Shown here one piece after another: positions 26,884-41,721 of a stretch of DNA of 64,000 nucleotides. Origin of the DNA: Saccostrea cucullata (Eukaryota); contig NW_026937312.1 of the NCBI RefSeq assembly GCF_032062105.1, positions 434,001 to 498,000 on the forward strand, given 5' to 3'. A program made the translations under genes and the position numbers. The notes beneath the pieces were generated by a model. The model saw nothing but the letters and a program-made list of their open reading frames with translations. It was not told the DNA's origin and did not search any database. Positions within the stretch are counted from its first letter, which is position 1, and every line of letters starts with the position of its first letter.

Positions 26884-27858
26884 GTGTAAAAAATCATACT
26901 TTCACATTTGACATCACGCTCATCTATTTTTATTCATTTCAATATTTAAAATCTGTCTAATTAAAAAAATCTATTATTAGAAATAAAATTGCAACTTTCT
27001 CATGAAACAGAGAGCGGTTCGCCTTTGTCCTTTATATATTTAGTATTTTTTGTGAAATGTTTTTATGGGGAAAACTGGTGCCTAAGAAAAATTCATACAA
27101 ATAGAAAATTTAACAAAGAAAAGATGAATCAGTTACTGAACACGAATGAGCACAAATAAAACTAAAATGAAATAATTTTGCTTTGTAGGCGAGCATCCAA
27201 TTTTTCCAAAAATCATTTTAAATCTTCAAAATCTTCATAAAATAATCTGTTTCTTTGAACAGTAGTGTTAAATGCTTGAAATATAGAAGCCAATTGAAAA
27301 GATGCCACTGATAAAACAATTCAAACACCTTCCTAAAACAGAGCTTTTTACAGGAAATGTACAGATCAATTTAAAGCCTGGAGTATAATTCTATTAAGTT
27401 TATCGTATCTGGACATGAAAGTCCCCTCCGTGTCGAAGTTCAGCAGATGAGCAGGGGATTTTATGTGTGTTTAATCCCCACAAACGGCCAAGGTAATTTC
27501 AAGCAAATGTTATACATTATACACCTTTACCCCAGTCTTTCAAGAAGATACAATATTTAACCAATGCTCAAGAACAGCGCATTAACGGAGTTATTTGCAT
27601 AAATCTAGTAATCCTTCTCAATTACATGCATTAGATTGGAAAATTAAATAAAATACAACAGATGCTCTAACAAAGAAAACTTGAATTCTCATTTCAGATG
27701 ACAATTTTTATTCAATGGTTTTGGCTTTTGTGATACAGCTTTAGCAAGAAATCAACGCAAAGAAAAAACAAATTCTCTATGTTATTAATGAGTAATGACG
27801 TTTAATATAACAAAGTAAGAATGCAAGATGAATATGCAAAGTATCTACTTTATTTGTA

Positions 27859-28060
27859 TACTGTAAAATCACATATTTCTAAGGGTCAAATTTTCGTGGT
27901 TTGAATAGAAAACTCTTGGTTCGTGGGATCGATTTGAATTCGTGGATGAAGAATTGTTGAGTAGTTATGTATGTAAGATTTTACATTTCTTAGTGGGCAT
28001 GAATTCATGGGTCTCTTCATATCTCGAAAACAACGAAAATTAAACAACCACGAAATTCTG
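27859..28060. mobile_element. Degenerate Tc1/mariner-type MITE
   Basis: Begins TA-CTGTA. Repeated TTCGTGG motifs on the left face CCACGAA/CAACGAA on the right. The right terminus is decayed. Confidence 0.45.
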
Positions 28061-29159
28061 TGTAGTTGGTGTAATGTATCTAGATCTTTGTATTTTAGGA
28101 AACATTCTTTAGGAATAGAAAACCACAATGTTAAGGACGAAACACGAATAACTATATCTATATAGTATTTCTTCTGGTATGTATCTTCTATTTTTTAAGT
28201 CAAATTTTATATTACATTTTCACAGTCAAATTTTATATGTATATATGTATATGAAACGAAATGAAACAATTATGATTTTAACACACAAAGTTTACATTAG
28301 CCCTACCGGACATGATGATAAATCATAATACAATTCATTCACGTGACTTATATCAAGAAAGTATATTGAAATTTAAATACTGACACCATATAAGGATATT
28401 TCTATTTCAGGATACTATTTTGTCTTTATTTAAGACTTTTTTGTCACATACATTTGCAAGTTTATTGTTATTCAGCTGAAATAATTTATTTTTGACATTC
28501 CAACCCACAAACATATGTATATACAGTGTATATTTTTTACTCTAATACGAAAAAATGTATGCTCATAAATAATGTAATAATGTTCATTAAACCTTCGGTT
28601 TGCTTTGGTTTATTTCTATCTTTCAATAGTTCAAAGGATATATGCTCATTATACTGTTAATTGATTCTCAAAAAAGAGACAATTTTGTGTTTCCCCTACT
28701 ATGTAACCTTGAAAAATAATCAATATTAAAAATATGTATTCTGTTGGCGTCTAAACGGTCTAGGTATTCAGAAGATAGAATATTAATATATTTAAACACT
28801 CAGGTTCTAAAACAAATTTACGATGGAATCTCAGAAAATGAAAATTTTGAAATTGACTTTAAAGAATGCAAATTTTTATTTTTTTTTTATAACGTCACGA
28901 TGAAATCAATATCTCCTTAACAGAGTCATACAATTTTTTTTAAGTTCTTGCAATATTTTTAAATACTATATAGTTTCTTAATTTGAAAACCATGGTAAAC
29001 AAAAAATAAGTGTTTTCTTACAAAACCAAAACGTAATTTTGAAAAGCCATTACAAAGGTAGATTTTTTTAATTGAAATATTAATTAATATATATGTATAA
29101 ATATATAATTCCTTCAATACAAGCAAATTAAAACGGCAAAATGAAAACATAATAAAGTA

Positions 29160-29555
29160 AAACAAGCATATTCAAATATTTGTGGTTCCCTGCTTTCGGT
29201 GTCTTAGTGGAAGGGACGACATTATATTTATTGCTAATTGTATCAAATATGGACATCCTATATATCACATATCGACGTCGTTTTAAAGTAATCACCAGAT
29301 TTAATTTTTTTTTGAAAATCAGGTCAAACTTGAAAGTCAAGGTCAAGGGGTAAAAAATCTTAGGATGTTCGGAAATTTATTGTCAAAGTTAATGCACATT
29401 ATTTCAAATATGAAAGTCCTATCTCTTCAGAGTTACTGGCTAAGGAATGATACCAAAGTAGTTCTTCATATGGAATATAAAAGTCTCATCTTTTTTCATT
29501 CTAAAGTTATGACAGTTAAATTTCCCCCACGCTTTCGCGAAAGCGAGAACAACAA
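29160..29555 (-). mobile_element. Helentron-associated (HINE/Helitron-N-like) element, degenerate
   Basis: AACAAG terminus, GGTCAA/CAAGGTCAAGG repeat core, and perfect palindrome CGCTTTCGCGAAAGCG (29530-29545) near the other end; A-rich flanks. Confidence 0.6.
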
Positions 29556-32500
29556 ATAAAATGAACGTGTTTTAAAGAGAATAGTTCGAAAATATATTTT
29601 CGTTCACAGTTTAACCCAATTCATTTTGTTCTCTTGATTGGTTTTCCTTCTACCTCTATTGACACATTTCTCGTATGAGAACATGTCAGAGCGTGCGAAC
29701 AGCTTAGGGCACTTTGTACCTAACCATAACAAGTAACTTAGTACATTGTTATCACACCCAAGTAAAGTTTACCATCTCATCGACTGATTTGTCATGTATA
29801 TTGTACACTCTATGGTATAATTATAACGTCAATTAACTGACATTGTTTGAACATGAACAATTAATTGTAAATATAAGTAATACATATTTTTCCGATTTTG
29901 TAAAAAAATGCTTTCAACTCTGTTTGACTGAAACATCGAAACATAATTTTTTGTATATTTTTTGTGGATACGCACACATTTTCTTCTGAAACGATCAGTT
30001 CACATGATTTTACGCTAATATTCTCTCACACGATATCACGGATAAGTACTTCTTTGTGATATTAATAAAATCTCTAAGTAGTAAAATATGAATTGAAAGA
30101 TTAGTGGGTCAGATATATCTAAAACAACCATGCACAAATCTACAAATCATCAATTCAAACTTTCACTGAAACAAGTATGTTTTATCCATTCACAAAGGAA
30201 CACAACATTTCATTTGAACAATTTTAAACTTTGAAAACATTGAAATTTTGAAGACACTCTCTTTTGATCTTACACATCAAGTAAGCAATTTTATTCAAAT
30301 TGGAAAAATAACTCTGCTGACGTTTGCTGTGATAAGCAAGTACACTAACATTGTATAATGGTTTAGTTTGATTCGTAGCAATAAAATATTATTTAATAAA
30401 ATATAAATGATAGGGTAGAAACTCATTAAACTATTTCTCACCATCAGTTCACAGAGGTCGGGCATATCTCAAAATGTCTCAAGTGAATTTTTTCTATATC
30501 AATGGTAAAGTATCTTTCAAAAATATCATCATAGATATCGCGTACTCTTTCAAAAACAATGGTTTTTATTTTGTACATGTCAGTGTAGATTTTTGTTCTG
30601 GTAGGTATATATTTCAAAGTTCTTTTTTATATAGCAAAAAATAAATGGTTGTTTATAGTATATATTATGTATATTTGCTAAATTTTCATTCTCGTTGAAT
30701 GATAATCACTACCTACAGATTCAATTACAAGCGTGTATAAAAAAATGTTTGTTTTCATCAAATATTACAATACCTTCATGATTTTCCTTTCCAAAGTATG
30801 TATCATACAAATACCTCGAGGATATCTTCATGCTACTTACTTATTCCTTTTTTCCTTAAATTTAGCTTTCGAAATATTTATGAGATATTCTTAAGGTCAC
30901 TGGGTTCTCTCTGAAGTTGATTGCAGTAATAGCGATGTAAAGCACTAAAAATTGATTTCAAACGGCGTCAGACTAGAGTTATGACCTTTTCTTGTCAGGG
31001 TCGTAGACAAGAAAAAATGAAATAAAGCAAATCTGTCAATTCCTCCTAAAATATTAACTTCAAGGCTCAATCTCTGTAGGGTTTTTGTCGGGGAATCCTT
31101 GATCTTTGTTTTTAAGGCTTTGCTTAAAATATGCAACAAAAACATGAGTATTTTTTTTCTTCATATTTTGGCTACAAATTAGACCACAAATAACGTATAA
31201 TTTGGCGCAATTGAGAATTTTTTTTTCCTTTATACATCTATGACGAAAGTTCAAAAGCATACATTGAAATTTGAATGTTTCAACGAAGGGTAAAAACATT
31301 AAAACACATGTATTCCTTACTTTTAGTGAAAGAAACATTTATTCTAGTATATGAAATTTTCAAACTTATACAAACGAAAGGAATGTCATTTAAATGATGA
31401 CTGAATATTAGTGAAGAAAGTCAGGTGTATTTGACAGCAGTACTGCATAAGTGCACAGGAATGCTTCTGAATATAGTTTAGGTAATTGCTCATTTATTAC
31501 TTTTCTATCTCGTCTCCTAAATGGTCCAATACTTTGAAACTTAATTATTTCATCCTTAAGATTTTTACAATGAATAAATTTCGAATGAATGTTCCATAGA
31601 ATATCCAGGTATACATATATATAAAAAGTTCTAAATCGTAAAGCACTGAAGAATAAATTTAAAAAAAAAACATGATTCGAAAATATGATCATTTAGTTCA
31701 ATAATGGTAATTAAGAGATGGTGATTCTTTTTTGAATAAACACATAAAAATATTTGCATAATATTGCACCTAACAAATTTGGAACTAGAATATTGTTTTG
31801 ACACTCTTTTGTTGAGTGAAATATGCATGCATTTGTTGTCAGTAAGCACTATACATATATTTAGCCATTAACTATCTTTTATTGTAAAACAAATTTTGAT
31901 GTTATCATTTTTAGAGGAATACAAATCCAAATGTTTTTAAATCCACATACCATATTCCTCTTTAGAAAAGAAAAGAACATCATACAGGTCTTTTAATTCA
32001 ATGGATACTAGCATCAAGAACTTAAAACCTAGAATAGCCATTTGTAACTGTTTCTAATATCAGTTGAGTTCAAGAAATGAATTTAACGCCTTTTAAGTCT
32101 TTGCAAAAGCTAGATACAAGAAATTTTATCATCTTTCACAAATCAAAAAATAGAACATAAAAAATTGTTTCCCTCACTGATCCCATTCACTTCTACCTCT
32201 GATATGTTAAATGATTAAAAAAAATTCGTCTGTCAAACTCTGGAGGAATGTTAACCATGTCAAAAATGCTTAACTATGTAGATATGCATATCACAATAAA
32301 TAATCAGGATTTTTTTTTTGAAATTCCTAAGCTTTAGAAAAAAAATTGACAATATATTATGATTTCGCTCTGCCAACAATATTCCACAGCTGGTATTTTT
32401 TAAAGCCACATTTTGATTTTCATTATTCGTTATACTATTAAAGCTACCTATATGAAGACGAAATTTTATAGAATCGGGGATAAACTTTTTCACGACCTTC

Positions 32501-32989
32501 TTGTTATTTTAAATTTTTAAGTTTTTATTATTTTTCTCTATAGAAATGGGATACTACTTGTCACTCTTGTCAAGATATTAAAAAAATCAATTAAGTTCCC
32601 ATCAGAAGCTTTTATTAAGGTAAACCTTATATTTTATGTACTTGTTATCAATATATTTATAGTTTTTCAACTCATACATTCAAGTAGCTTATGATGTGCT
32701 CTATTTCGTACTAAATGATAGTATCGCCCTAAATGAAATTCAAATTTGCACTTTTTTTTCCTTACAAGAAATAAATCTCACCACAAATATTTGACATGTC
32801 CCATATGTTCTCATTTTACTAAGTCTTTCCTCAATATAAACTAATAACTAAACTTTTTTGATTTAATTGAATCCTGCTTTTTTAATATAAAAAAAAATGG
32901 AACTCGGAAATTTTCTTCTTTTGTGATTGGTCATCATCAAATTTACTAGTACTTTGTTGAAAATAATTCTTATTCTAAACAAAAGCACT

Positions 32990-33390
32990 CAAACATAGAT
33001 ATCAAAAGAAGCTGGACTTCCTCAATGACTTTGATCATTTATTCCTCCAATAATATGTTAGATTTCCATGGGTACTAATTGTGCTCCTTTATATATTACA
33101 CGGCAAGTTTATGTTTTCCTTAGATGCAGAGTCTATCTAAAAGTTTTACACGAGGAAAAAACTTTTGCTGTGGTCTACAACTTGACATAAAGTAAATTGA
33201 TGACGTTTTACCAATAGTTATTTGCATTCATATGTCAACTTGAAAAAAATCTCATTGATTCTGAAATCTCTGACACCTGGGACATTGCCACATTGGATGT
33301 TTTCTTCTCCTTGGCATCTGATCCCTTTTATATTTCTGGGGGTTTAGGTTTTGTGCCTATTTCACATATTTGTATTATTTGTTTGTGTTA
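32990..33390 (+). mobile_element. Degenerate Penelope-like RT fragment plus tail
   Basis: CCATGGGTACTAATTGTGCTCCT (MGTNCAP, RT motif) near 33066, IDDVL near 33197, and tail GGCATCTGATCCC near 33313. Confidence 0.65.
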
Positions 33391-35368
33391 CGTCTTTCAA
33401 TATTTTTTTGACTCACATAGAGACGGTGGAGGGTTGAAAATTTGCAAATTCCAAATTTCAAAGGTAGGATCAGGTGCAAATCAAATCAAGTGCTACATCT
33501 AATTAGGTGGGATCAAATTTAGACCTGTTCTCAACACAAATGGTCATTGATGAGCAATGACAGATCTTTTGAGTATATATATATTTTTACATCTTCATTT
33601 CTTAAATCTTTTTTATATTTCCAGTTTTTATAAGAACCAGGGGGCAATATCAACCAAAGCAATATTTCAACCCTTTACAAAGAATAAAAATTTTTGGTTA
33701 AGACTTATTCATGCTTTAGTAAAACTTACTTATCGTAACTAAATAATTATCAAGGAAGGATATTTTATTTATAACTTTCCTAGTTGTACTTCTCCAAAAG
33801 GAAGGCGTGGGTGCGAAATGCACGAGAAAGAATTTTGTATCACGTGGTTTTCATTCAGAATTTGATACATTACTAATACATTAAAATGAAAAGAACGATG
33901 ATAAATGTGGGCATATAGATTTAGAGAAATACATTAAAACAAAATGATATACAAGCATCTCTCTATTTTTCTCTCATTCTATCCGTGTATGTGTGTTAAC
34001 TAGAACTCATGACTTGAAATACAAAACATTTTTATGGCTCAACAGTTAAATGTCACAAACAAATAATATCCATTGAACATGTAATGTTTGCCTGTTGTGC
34101 TTAAATACAGTAAAAATTTATAAATTTGAAAATCTATGGTATTTATTTTCTTATCTGTCAATGCATGTTAATAATTCACGTATTTTATGAGAACAGAAAA
34201 ACTATAAAACAAACGACAAGTATTAAGGAAAAAAAAATCCAACTTACTTAATACCTTGAAGGCAATTCGATAAAATAGTTTGAATTATACAAGTTTATCA
34301 ATCTTGGGAAAGAATCATCTTTGGTTAATACATGTAACAACTCTCCTTCAAATTTTCTCTAGGTAGAGAACTAATTGAAAAGATTGATTTAAAAACATAT
34401 ATTTGAAATAAAATTTACTATCTAAGCTGATCCCAAGGAAAATTTTAAATCAGAACAATGCAGTGTCAGAATTAATTCGAAATATGCGCTCTATTAAGAA
34501 ACAGGTTGTAATCAATTCATGTTAAGCAAATAAAGCATTGCAATTTCATTCACATACCATGTCTATAAAATCATGCGTAAAATTTCACAAGATCTTAACA
34601 ACATATCACACCATAGTGGGCAATTATGTTCTCGATCCGGGGAAGAAAAGCATTCCATCCTATTCAAGTTTTTCCGTTGGTGTAGCAACAGGAAGGGCGT
34701 GCTTCAAACAGGACTTCCGGATTGTGTTGTGTTTTACGCTACACGTTAAAAGTTTTACTATATATTAAGGTTGTGCTTAATCTAGCAAATTCAATGCGTC
34801 GGGATATAAAAAATTATACTTTTCATTGCACCATAAATCTGTCAAAAATATACACTCTCATGCTATTTCAGAAGAAAGACACTAACAATGTCAGTATTAT
34901 TTTAGGAAGAAAAAAACATTTTAGAGCACAGCGTGTAAGTAACATAGGTATTCTGCTTTAATAAATGTAATAATGTTATATATCTCCATATACCTTTCTA
35001 ATGCAAATGTATCTTCAATTCAATTGCAATATCATGTAATTTTCATACTAAATTCATCCTTTTATACCGAAACATACTTTTTCCCACAGTTTTCTGAAGA
35101 AAAAAAATGAAAGTAAAATTAACAAAAATAAAAAAAATGGATTAATAATGTAAAAATATTTTGCTTAGAAATGAAAGAATATTCATGCACCAGTCTAAAA
35201 ATAAAATGAAATAATGCAAACAATTACCTTAAACATTTTAGAAAAAATATGGGCACATTAAAAATTTTGTTCAAATTAGTAACATCTCATTTATGATATC
35301 AATACGATTTACATTTAATAAATTTATATTACTTTTTCTAAAACACTGACTGATGAATAATTAAAAAA

Positions 35369-35658
35369 AACTAGAGGTACTGTGAGCAATGAGCTCACTA
35401 AATGATACCCCCGCCTCCAATATGAATATAATGGGAGTGTCCATGTTTTGTTGTGGGAAAAAAAAAATACGTGTCGGATCAAAATGAAAAATAGGAGGTG
35501 CACAGTAGCTATATGTAATAAAGATTCATCAAATTTCATTCAGTGGTATGAGAGGAGTTGCGGATAAGAGATTGGTACCCCGAAGCGTAAGAGACAGACG
35601 GACGGACGGACACACCGATTACTATATACCCTCCCACTTTTCAAGCGGGGGTATAATA
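35369..35658 (-). mobile_element. Helentron-associated HINE (DINE-1-like) element
   Basis: AACTAGAG terminus with GTGAGC/GCTCAC hairpin; subterminal IR ATACCCCCGC (about 35405) versus GCGGGGGTAT (about 35645); (GACG)n microsatellite; inserted in an A/T run. Confidence 0.8.
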
Positions 35659-36808
35659 AACAATGGATTTGGCCATTTCATAAATCATAAAATTTCTTTA
35701 TGTGTACCAAACATCGTTGGGATTCTTATTTTTAAATTTATATTGTTGTACAGTTAGGTTGTCATATTATTTTCGTATACATGTTACATTGTTTTAAACA
35801 TGTATTGATGAACAAAATCAATCTTTCCATCCATACATCGTAAGCGTATATCTATGGATCATAGCAATTATGTAAATAAAACAGTCAGTAAAAATTTATT
35901 AAATATTTTTCAGAAATGATTTCTAGATAACATCGAGATTAACTTTATGTAAAATTATCAGTTTACCTGTATTGTGAAAATATGGGTTATTTAAACTTAA
36001 AACATGTTTTAACAAGTTATTCATCTATTAAATTTCTTAAATTCCAAGATCTGTTTATCACAGTCTTAAAAAGAGACAAAATCAAAGAGATAATTGTTAC
36101 ACTTTATCTCTTCATGTCTGAACTTGCTCTCGAAAATAAAGGACAATTTTGAGTGCTCGTTCTGTAGGAGTAATACACAATGACCCACTTTGTCACGTCT
36201 AACCTTGATTCTATTTTTATTGCTTATTCAACATTGCAAAGAAATACATATACATGTGTAAATAAGAAAATTTGAAAGTTTTCCATAAAACATGAAAGTG
36301 AAAGTTAACTTAATTTCATGAATAAAGTTGCTTATGATCCATACCATAAACATATGCAAGTCTAATAAAATATTATTTTATCAATCTGGATTTTAGTTTA
36401 GTTAAAAGATTCTAACACTTTAACTACATTGTACACATGTATTTTAAGAGATACTTACTTATCAACATTATGTACACGCAATTTCTAAACATTCATAAAA
36501 AATCAAATGAAAATTTAAAATCTAAAAGATTTCTAAGAAATCATTGAAAATGATTGAAAAAAATAATTTCATCTATGATTTTTTTTTTTAAAAAATTGTT
36601 TCAGTTTTGCGATTCATTCCATATATAATCTTAGGTCCCTTTTGGTACATTTTTTTAATGAAAAGTTCAAATTGAAAACGACAAAAAATACTGACAATTT
36701 AAATAAATTTAAAACAAGTCAAAACATGATTCACAGTTGTTGTGCTTTCAACATATTCTTATCGATATATAAGAATGAACATGAAAGGACTGGGAAACTA
36801 AAAGTCAA

Positions 36809-36828
36809 AGGCATGTCTAAACTTGCAC
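36809..36828. promoter_or_regulatory. Candidate p53-family response element
   Basis: AGGCATGTCT-AAACTTGCAC: two RRRCWWGYYY half-sites, zero spacer, 19/20 match. Confidence 0.45.
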
Positions 36829-38074
36829 AAAACGTTTGATTCTAACTTCCTTATTTGGTCGACCCAAATTTATGTATTTTCGTCTGGGCCAAAATCTATT
36901 TTTACTGCTTATCTAATATCGAATGAGTATACAACCTACATGGTGTCATAGTAAAAATAAAAGCAAAACATTCAACTATACAGTTTTTCAGCAATCTCTA
37001 TCTAAAATCTACATCATGCATCCTTCGCAATTATCTTAAAAATTTTGTTGCTTTATATGTCTTACAGAAGATTTTTTTTCTCTCTCTCTTATGTCATAGT
37101 CTACCGGTATTCTATTTTGCTAAGACATGGGTTCTTCAAGAAATGCTAAATGGCATGTTGTCCAAAGATGTAAGGATTTTTCATGAACTTGAAGAAAAAC
37201 GGAAGTTGCTTTTTCCCTAACCACTTGAATGAAGTGTGCCTTCTGGTTATTTATTCAAAACTCAATTTTCTTAATTACAAACATATTTACATCACTTTGC
37301 AGAAGGGCAAAGGAAATTGACAAGAATCGGAACTTGAGATAAGTGTTGTAAACAGACATTTCAGGTTTTAAAATCGTAACACGCTGGGACTTGTTTTACT
37401 ATAAAAGACAGGAGTAAACCAAACGTATGTGTGTGTATCCAAGGCGTAACCAAGGTGTCAGAAGCGTGCAACACGTCAAAACACGATTTAAAGCTTATAA
37501 ATAATCCCTGTTTCTACATAATTAAACATCTTGGCATGCTTGCTGAAGTGGCAAGACGAAATAAGACACGCATAAAACTTGTCCGGACTTGAATTAAAAA
37601 TAATCGACGACGGTAGATATTTAAATCCTTCGAGGCTATAGGTAAAAAACCTATACAGGAGGAGATCTGTTTCACGATATAACTGCCAACATTTAATGCC
37701 TGACAGGACGCTAAGATAAAGAAATAGAATTTTGAAAAAAGTCTAATTGTTCAATAAATGATTGTTCAAAGTAAAATGATTCATTAATTAAATATCTTGC
37801 AGAAAGGTTTGCATGGCGAGTTGCTCAAAATGGCATTTACTTTTACTAAGCATTTTGTACTTTACAAAGTTCATTCCCACTTTGTTTCTCAGAGGTGTTA
37901 TTAACATTGTTTTAATTACTAACAACCCTACCTAGCCTTAAAATAGTAGCACATAAATTTTTTCAGCATTTTTTTGGTTGTGTTCGATTTTTATGGAAAA
38001 AATCCACGGATATATGTGTGGAAGTTTCCACGGAAGCACATCCCTACAAAATTCTGGTGAAATAAGTCAGAGAC

Positions 38075-38298
38075 ACATTTTTCATATTTGGATATTTTAC
38101 TTGAAAAAGACATTAATGGTAATCTTACAACCAAACTCTATGATAAATGTGATGACTTTAACTTTTCTATCCTCACTCCTCCATGGCACCTGATCCCACC
38201 TCTGATGTTTTAGAGGTCTGTGTTTGCTCTGCTCCTATATTGTATTGTATTATGGACTTTGATTTTAATACTGTTCTTTATCTTCATATATCCTTCAT
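38075..38298 (+). mobile_element. Penelope-like fragment, internally deleted
   Basis: SYLDILLEKDINGNLTTKLYDKCDDFNFSI coding remnant joined directly to the tail CACTCCTCCATGGCACCTGATCCCACCTCTG. Confidence 0.75.
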
Positions 38299-41200
38299 GA
38301 AAAAAAAAATCATAGTCTTTAAAGATGAAAAAACAATTAAAGCTAAGTTGCCAACATTGAAACATGGCAAATACATGTTTCTGTATTCTAATTAGTGCAT
38401 AATGGTGCATGAGAAAAGCTAGCTTTATCGTTATATTTCAACTGCATAAAATAATGTTTCCCTTGGGAATAATAAAAGATGCATAATGGTTTATAACTAG
38501 TTTCGCATATATTACAATTCAATTGTACGTTCATGCAATTAAATAATGAGTCATTTCATACTTAAAAACACTTTTGTGCCTGTTTAAGAAATCATTGACT
38601 TTTTTGTTCTTTACCCTATAGCTAGCAAGAAATCCAAAAAATGTTATTAAGATTATCTCCACCTGATACGAAATACAATCTACCAAAAACCCAACAAGCA
38701 TGCTTTGTGAGCTCATCACGAAAGATAAATAAAATTATAATTACTCTGTTTAGAAAGTTGTAATTATGTAAATTTGTTGGATGTTGAGAAAATTTAAAAA
38801 AAATCCTCTTTGATTAAGAGGCGCACATCATGGTACTTTCTCACGATGAAAACCGCCAAATATTTCATTGACTGAATAAGCCGACATTTAAAGTTAAACT
38901 TTTTAAAATTTTATCTGTTTAATTAATTTTTGTGAACACCCTAATCGTGTTAAAACTACTTGATCTGCACTTCACATGCTGTTCTTAAATAGAATTATCA
39001 ACATAAACTGAGTCAATATATTGAAGCGTCCGACATCTTTCAATAAAAGAAAGGCAAAGCAAAATCGTTTGTCAAACAAGGACCACCCTCATAGAAGGAG
39101 TAAAAAGTGATGACGTAGTAAAGGTCCTATTAAGAGTCATCCTTCAAACCAGTAATAAAATCAAGCATGAAAGTCAACAAAAGCTGATAGACGATAGACA
39201 TCTTAGCTAAGATGCTTAGTTAGAGTGTGAAAAAAGGAAAAGAGAATCTGATTGAAAACAAAGTTTTTTTCTGATTGTTCAAGATCACACATAGGGTTCT
39301 TTCAAGATCTACTAGAGAGGCACATTGGAGGAAATAATTAAAAACATATTCAACGGAAAAAGGAAATATAAACTAATTGTAGTTCACTTTATCGTTATTT
39401 GATTTAAACCATAAGAAAAGAAAGGAAACTGAAGTTACTCAAAGTAGATACCTTTATGTGCATATATAGAGATTTTTTATGCATAAAGGTATAGAAAAAA
39501 TAAGTCAAAACTCTTAATGCCATTTTCAGTTTTATTTAGAATAAAAACAAGTAGCAAAGTAACAAATATTAACATTGGGTTTTACTTAAGCTTGAAAAAT
39601 AAAATCCTATATTTATCAACAAAATATGATAATATATAAAAACAATCCACTACAAGGAAATTTAAAAATAAATTTTACATACAATAAAAAAGGTGTTTCA
39701 TGTCTTAAGTATTATATAAGTAATTTTTCATCACATAAACAAGCACACCTATCTTAGGTGACTTACCCCTCTATAGCCAGAGGAGAGCAATGAATTTCAT
39801 CCTATACACAGCTTATAATGTGTCACGGAGATACTGAATTGTGCCCAACCTAAACTTAAGGCAATCTGCTCTCTTATTCTTATTTTATCTACATATCACA
39901 CTTAATACAAACCACATCATTCATAGATTTGTACTCAATATTATTTTTTAACATTAACATGAAATAAGGACACCTATGTTTATCTTGTAAATATATATCG
40001 TACACAAGACCTTAGGACAATTTTCAGGTAGCCTTGGCCCACCACATTTTTAATGCTACCAGGAGAGAACATATTAAGGATCAATAATCACAGTTTTAAC
40101 AGGCAATTAATTATGTATTTAAATTTCGATCTCATAGAATATTGATGACACAAGGTATATATGTATCTAATTATAAATTGCATGAAGTAAAGACCCCTTC
40201 TCCTTCATGGTGTGGGACTATTTTATAGTCTTCGAGCAGAGAATTTTGACGTTGTTTACGAGACGAAGAGAAAAACAGACAAGCATGTAGGCAGCAATGC
40301 AATATATCGATTTCTATATAAATTATCGTACAAAAAATATAAGTAAAATTGCTTTATAACAGGTAGTTTTTCTGCAACTGTGAATCACTGCAATACTGGT
40401 AAAGAGGGTTCCAAGTTATTTAGTGTAAGGCACCTTATGTCATTATATACATATTAATATATATTCTGAGGGTAACAATTTCTTACAGAAACACAAGCCT
40501 GTGTTTTGGAAGATTGTTGACATCCAATATTATAATAAAATATATTTTATACAATGAAGATGAGTCATACACGTTTGTAGTTCTATTAAGGATACAGTAG
40601 AGTGCCATTAGAAAACAATATCATAGTAAATAGCATGTAAATTTAAACACACACACTCACACAAAACGTTGTAGCTCCCTACATAGTTTAAGAAATGCTG
40701 TCAACCAAATAATTTTCTTGCTGACAATTATAAAACTTTTGGTTTGCTAATACTACATATATATGCCAATAAAGCGGTTTTAAATTGTGTATGTTAAGTG
40801 CGAAATATTTCATCAGATTTATTTTTAGAATATTGCCTATGATCTATTTTTAGCGTGTACATACATGACTTATGCATGAATGAGTTATCTCCTTAAGAGG
40901 CCGACATATGTGTTATGCTTACATGTACTACCGTTGTGAAAAAGCTAAATTTTATTTTAATGAACGAGCGAAGATTTGGTTACAAGTATATATAGCTAAT
41001 TCAAGTAAGATAAATTGTAGGTCATTATCAGTGACATTTTAGTTTACAATATTATTCCCTGTTAACATTTACCTATGCAGCTGTGACAAGTAATAATTTT
41101 AAAAGAAAGTCACCTTGTGCAGTTGTCCCTGGAAAATAAAATTTGTTTTGGGGAGAAATAATAAGAATATCTGAATATAAAAAGAAATAGGAAGATCTTT

Positions 41201-41466
41201 CGCAGAATGTGAGGGGAAGGTAATGGAATCTTACAGCTGTTTACGAGTGAATAATCGGAGCATTGTAGGTTTACTTATCTGATATATTCCACACTCCATC
41301 GTCAAAAGAGAGTCTGATGATCTGGAAAAAAGATGTAATCTGCCAGAACTCTGACAGTTTGACTCTCACGTGTCAATGCACGAGGTCAAGCAAAAAACCA
41401 TCAATAGGGTCACTAGGTTACGTCTAAAGAGACTGCAGTAAGAAGCTTGTGTATAAACAAATTTGT

Positions 41467-41721
41467 TTTGGCGTAAATTTTTTGTGGGATTTAAAGCACC
41501 TCAGTCAATGTGGGGTGGCGGGAAAACTTTGTTGGTAAACACAACCTACAATATATTCTTCAAGTGTGACCCAGATATGTCCGCGCTGCTTAAAGTTTTC
41601 TTTATTTTGGACAAAAACAGGCAGAGGTGAATACCAAATGATTATTGATGATGAGATTTAGATGTTAAGAGGATTCATAAAGAGGTCGTAAAAATCAGTC
41701 AGGCATGTTTTGGCGGGAAAA
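41467..41721. promoter_or_regulatory. Cluster of E2F-type motifs (candidate enhancer or promoter)
   Basis: TTTGGCGT (41467), TGGCGGGAAAA (41516-41526) and TTTTGGCGGGAAAA (41708-41721). The last overlaps a p53 half-site AGGCATGTTT (41701-41710). Confidence 0.4.
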
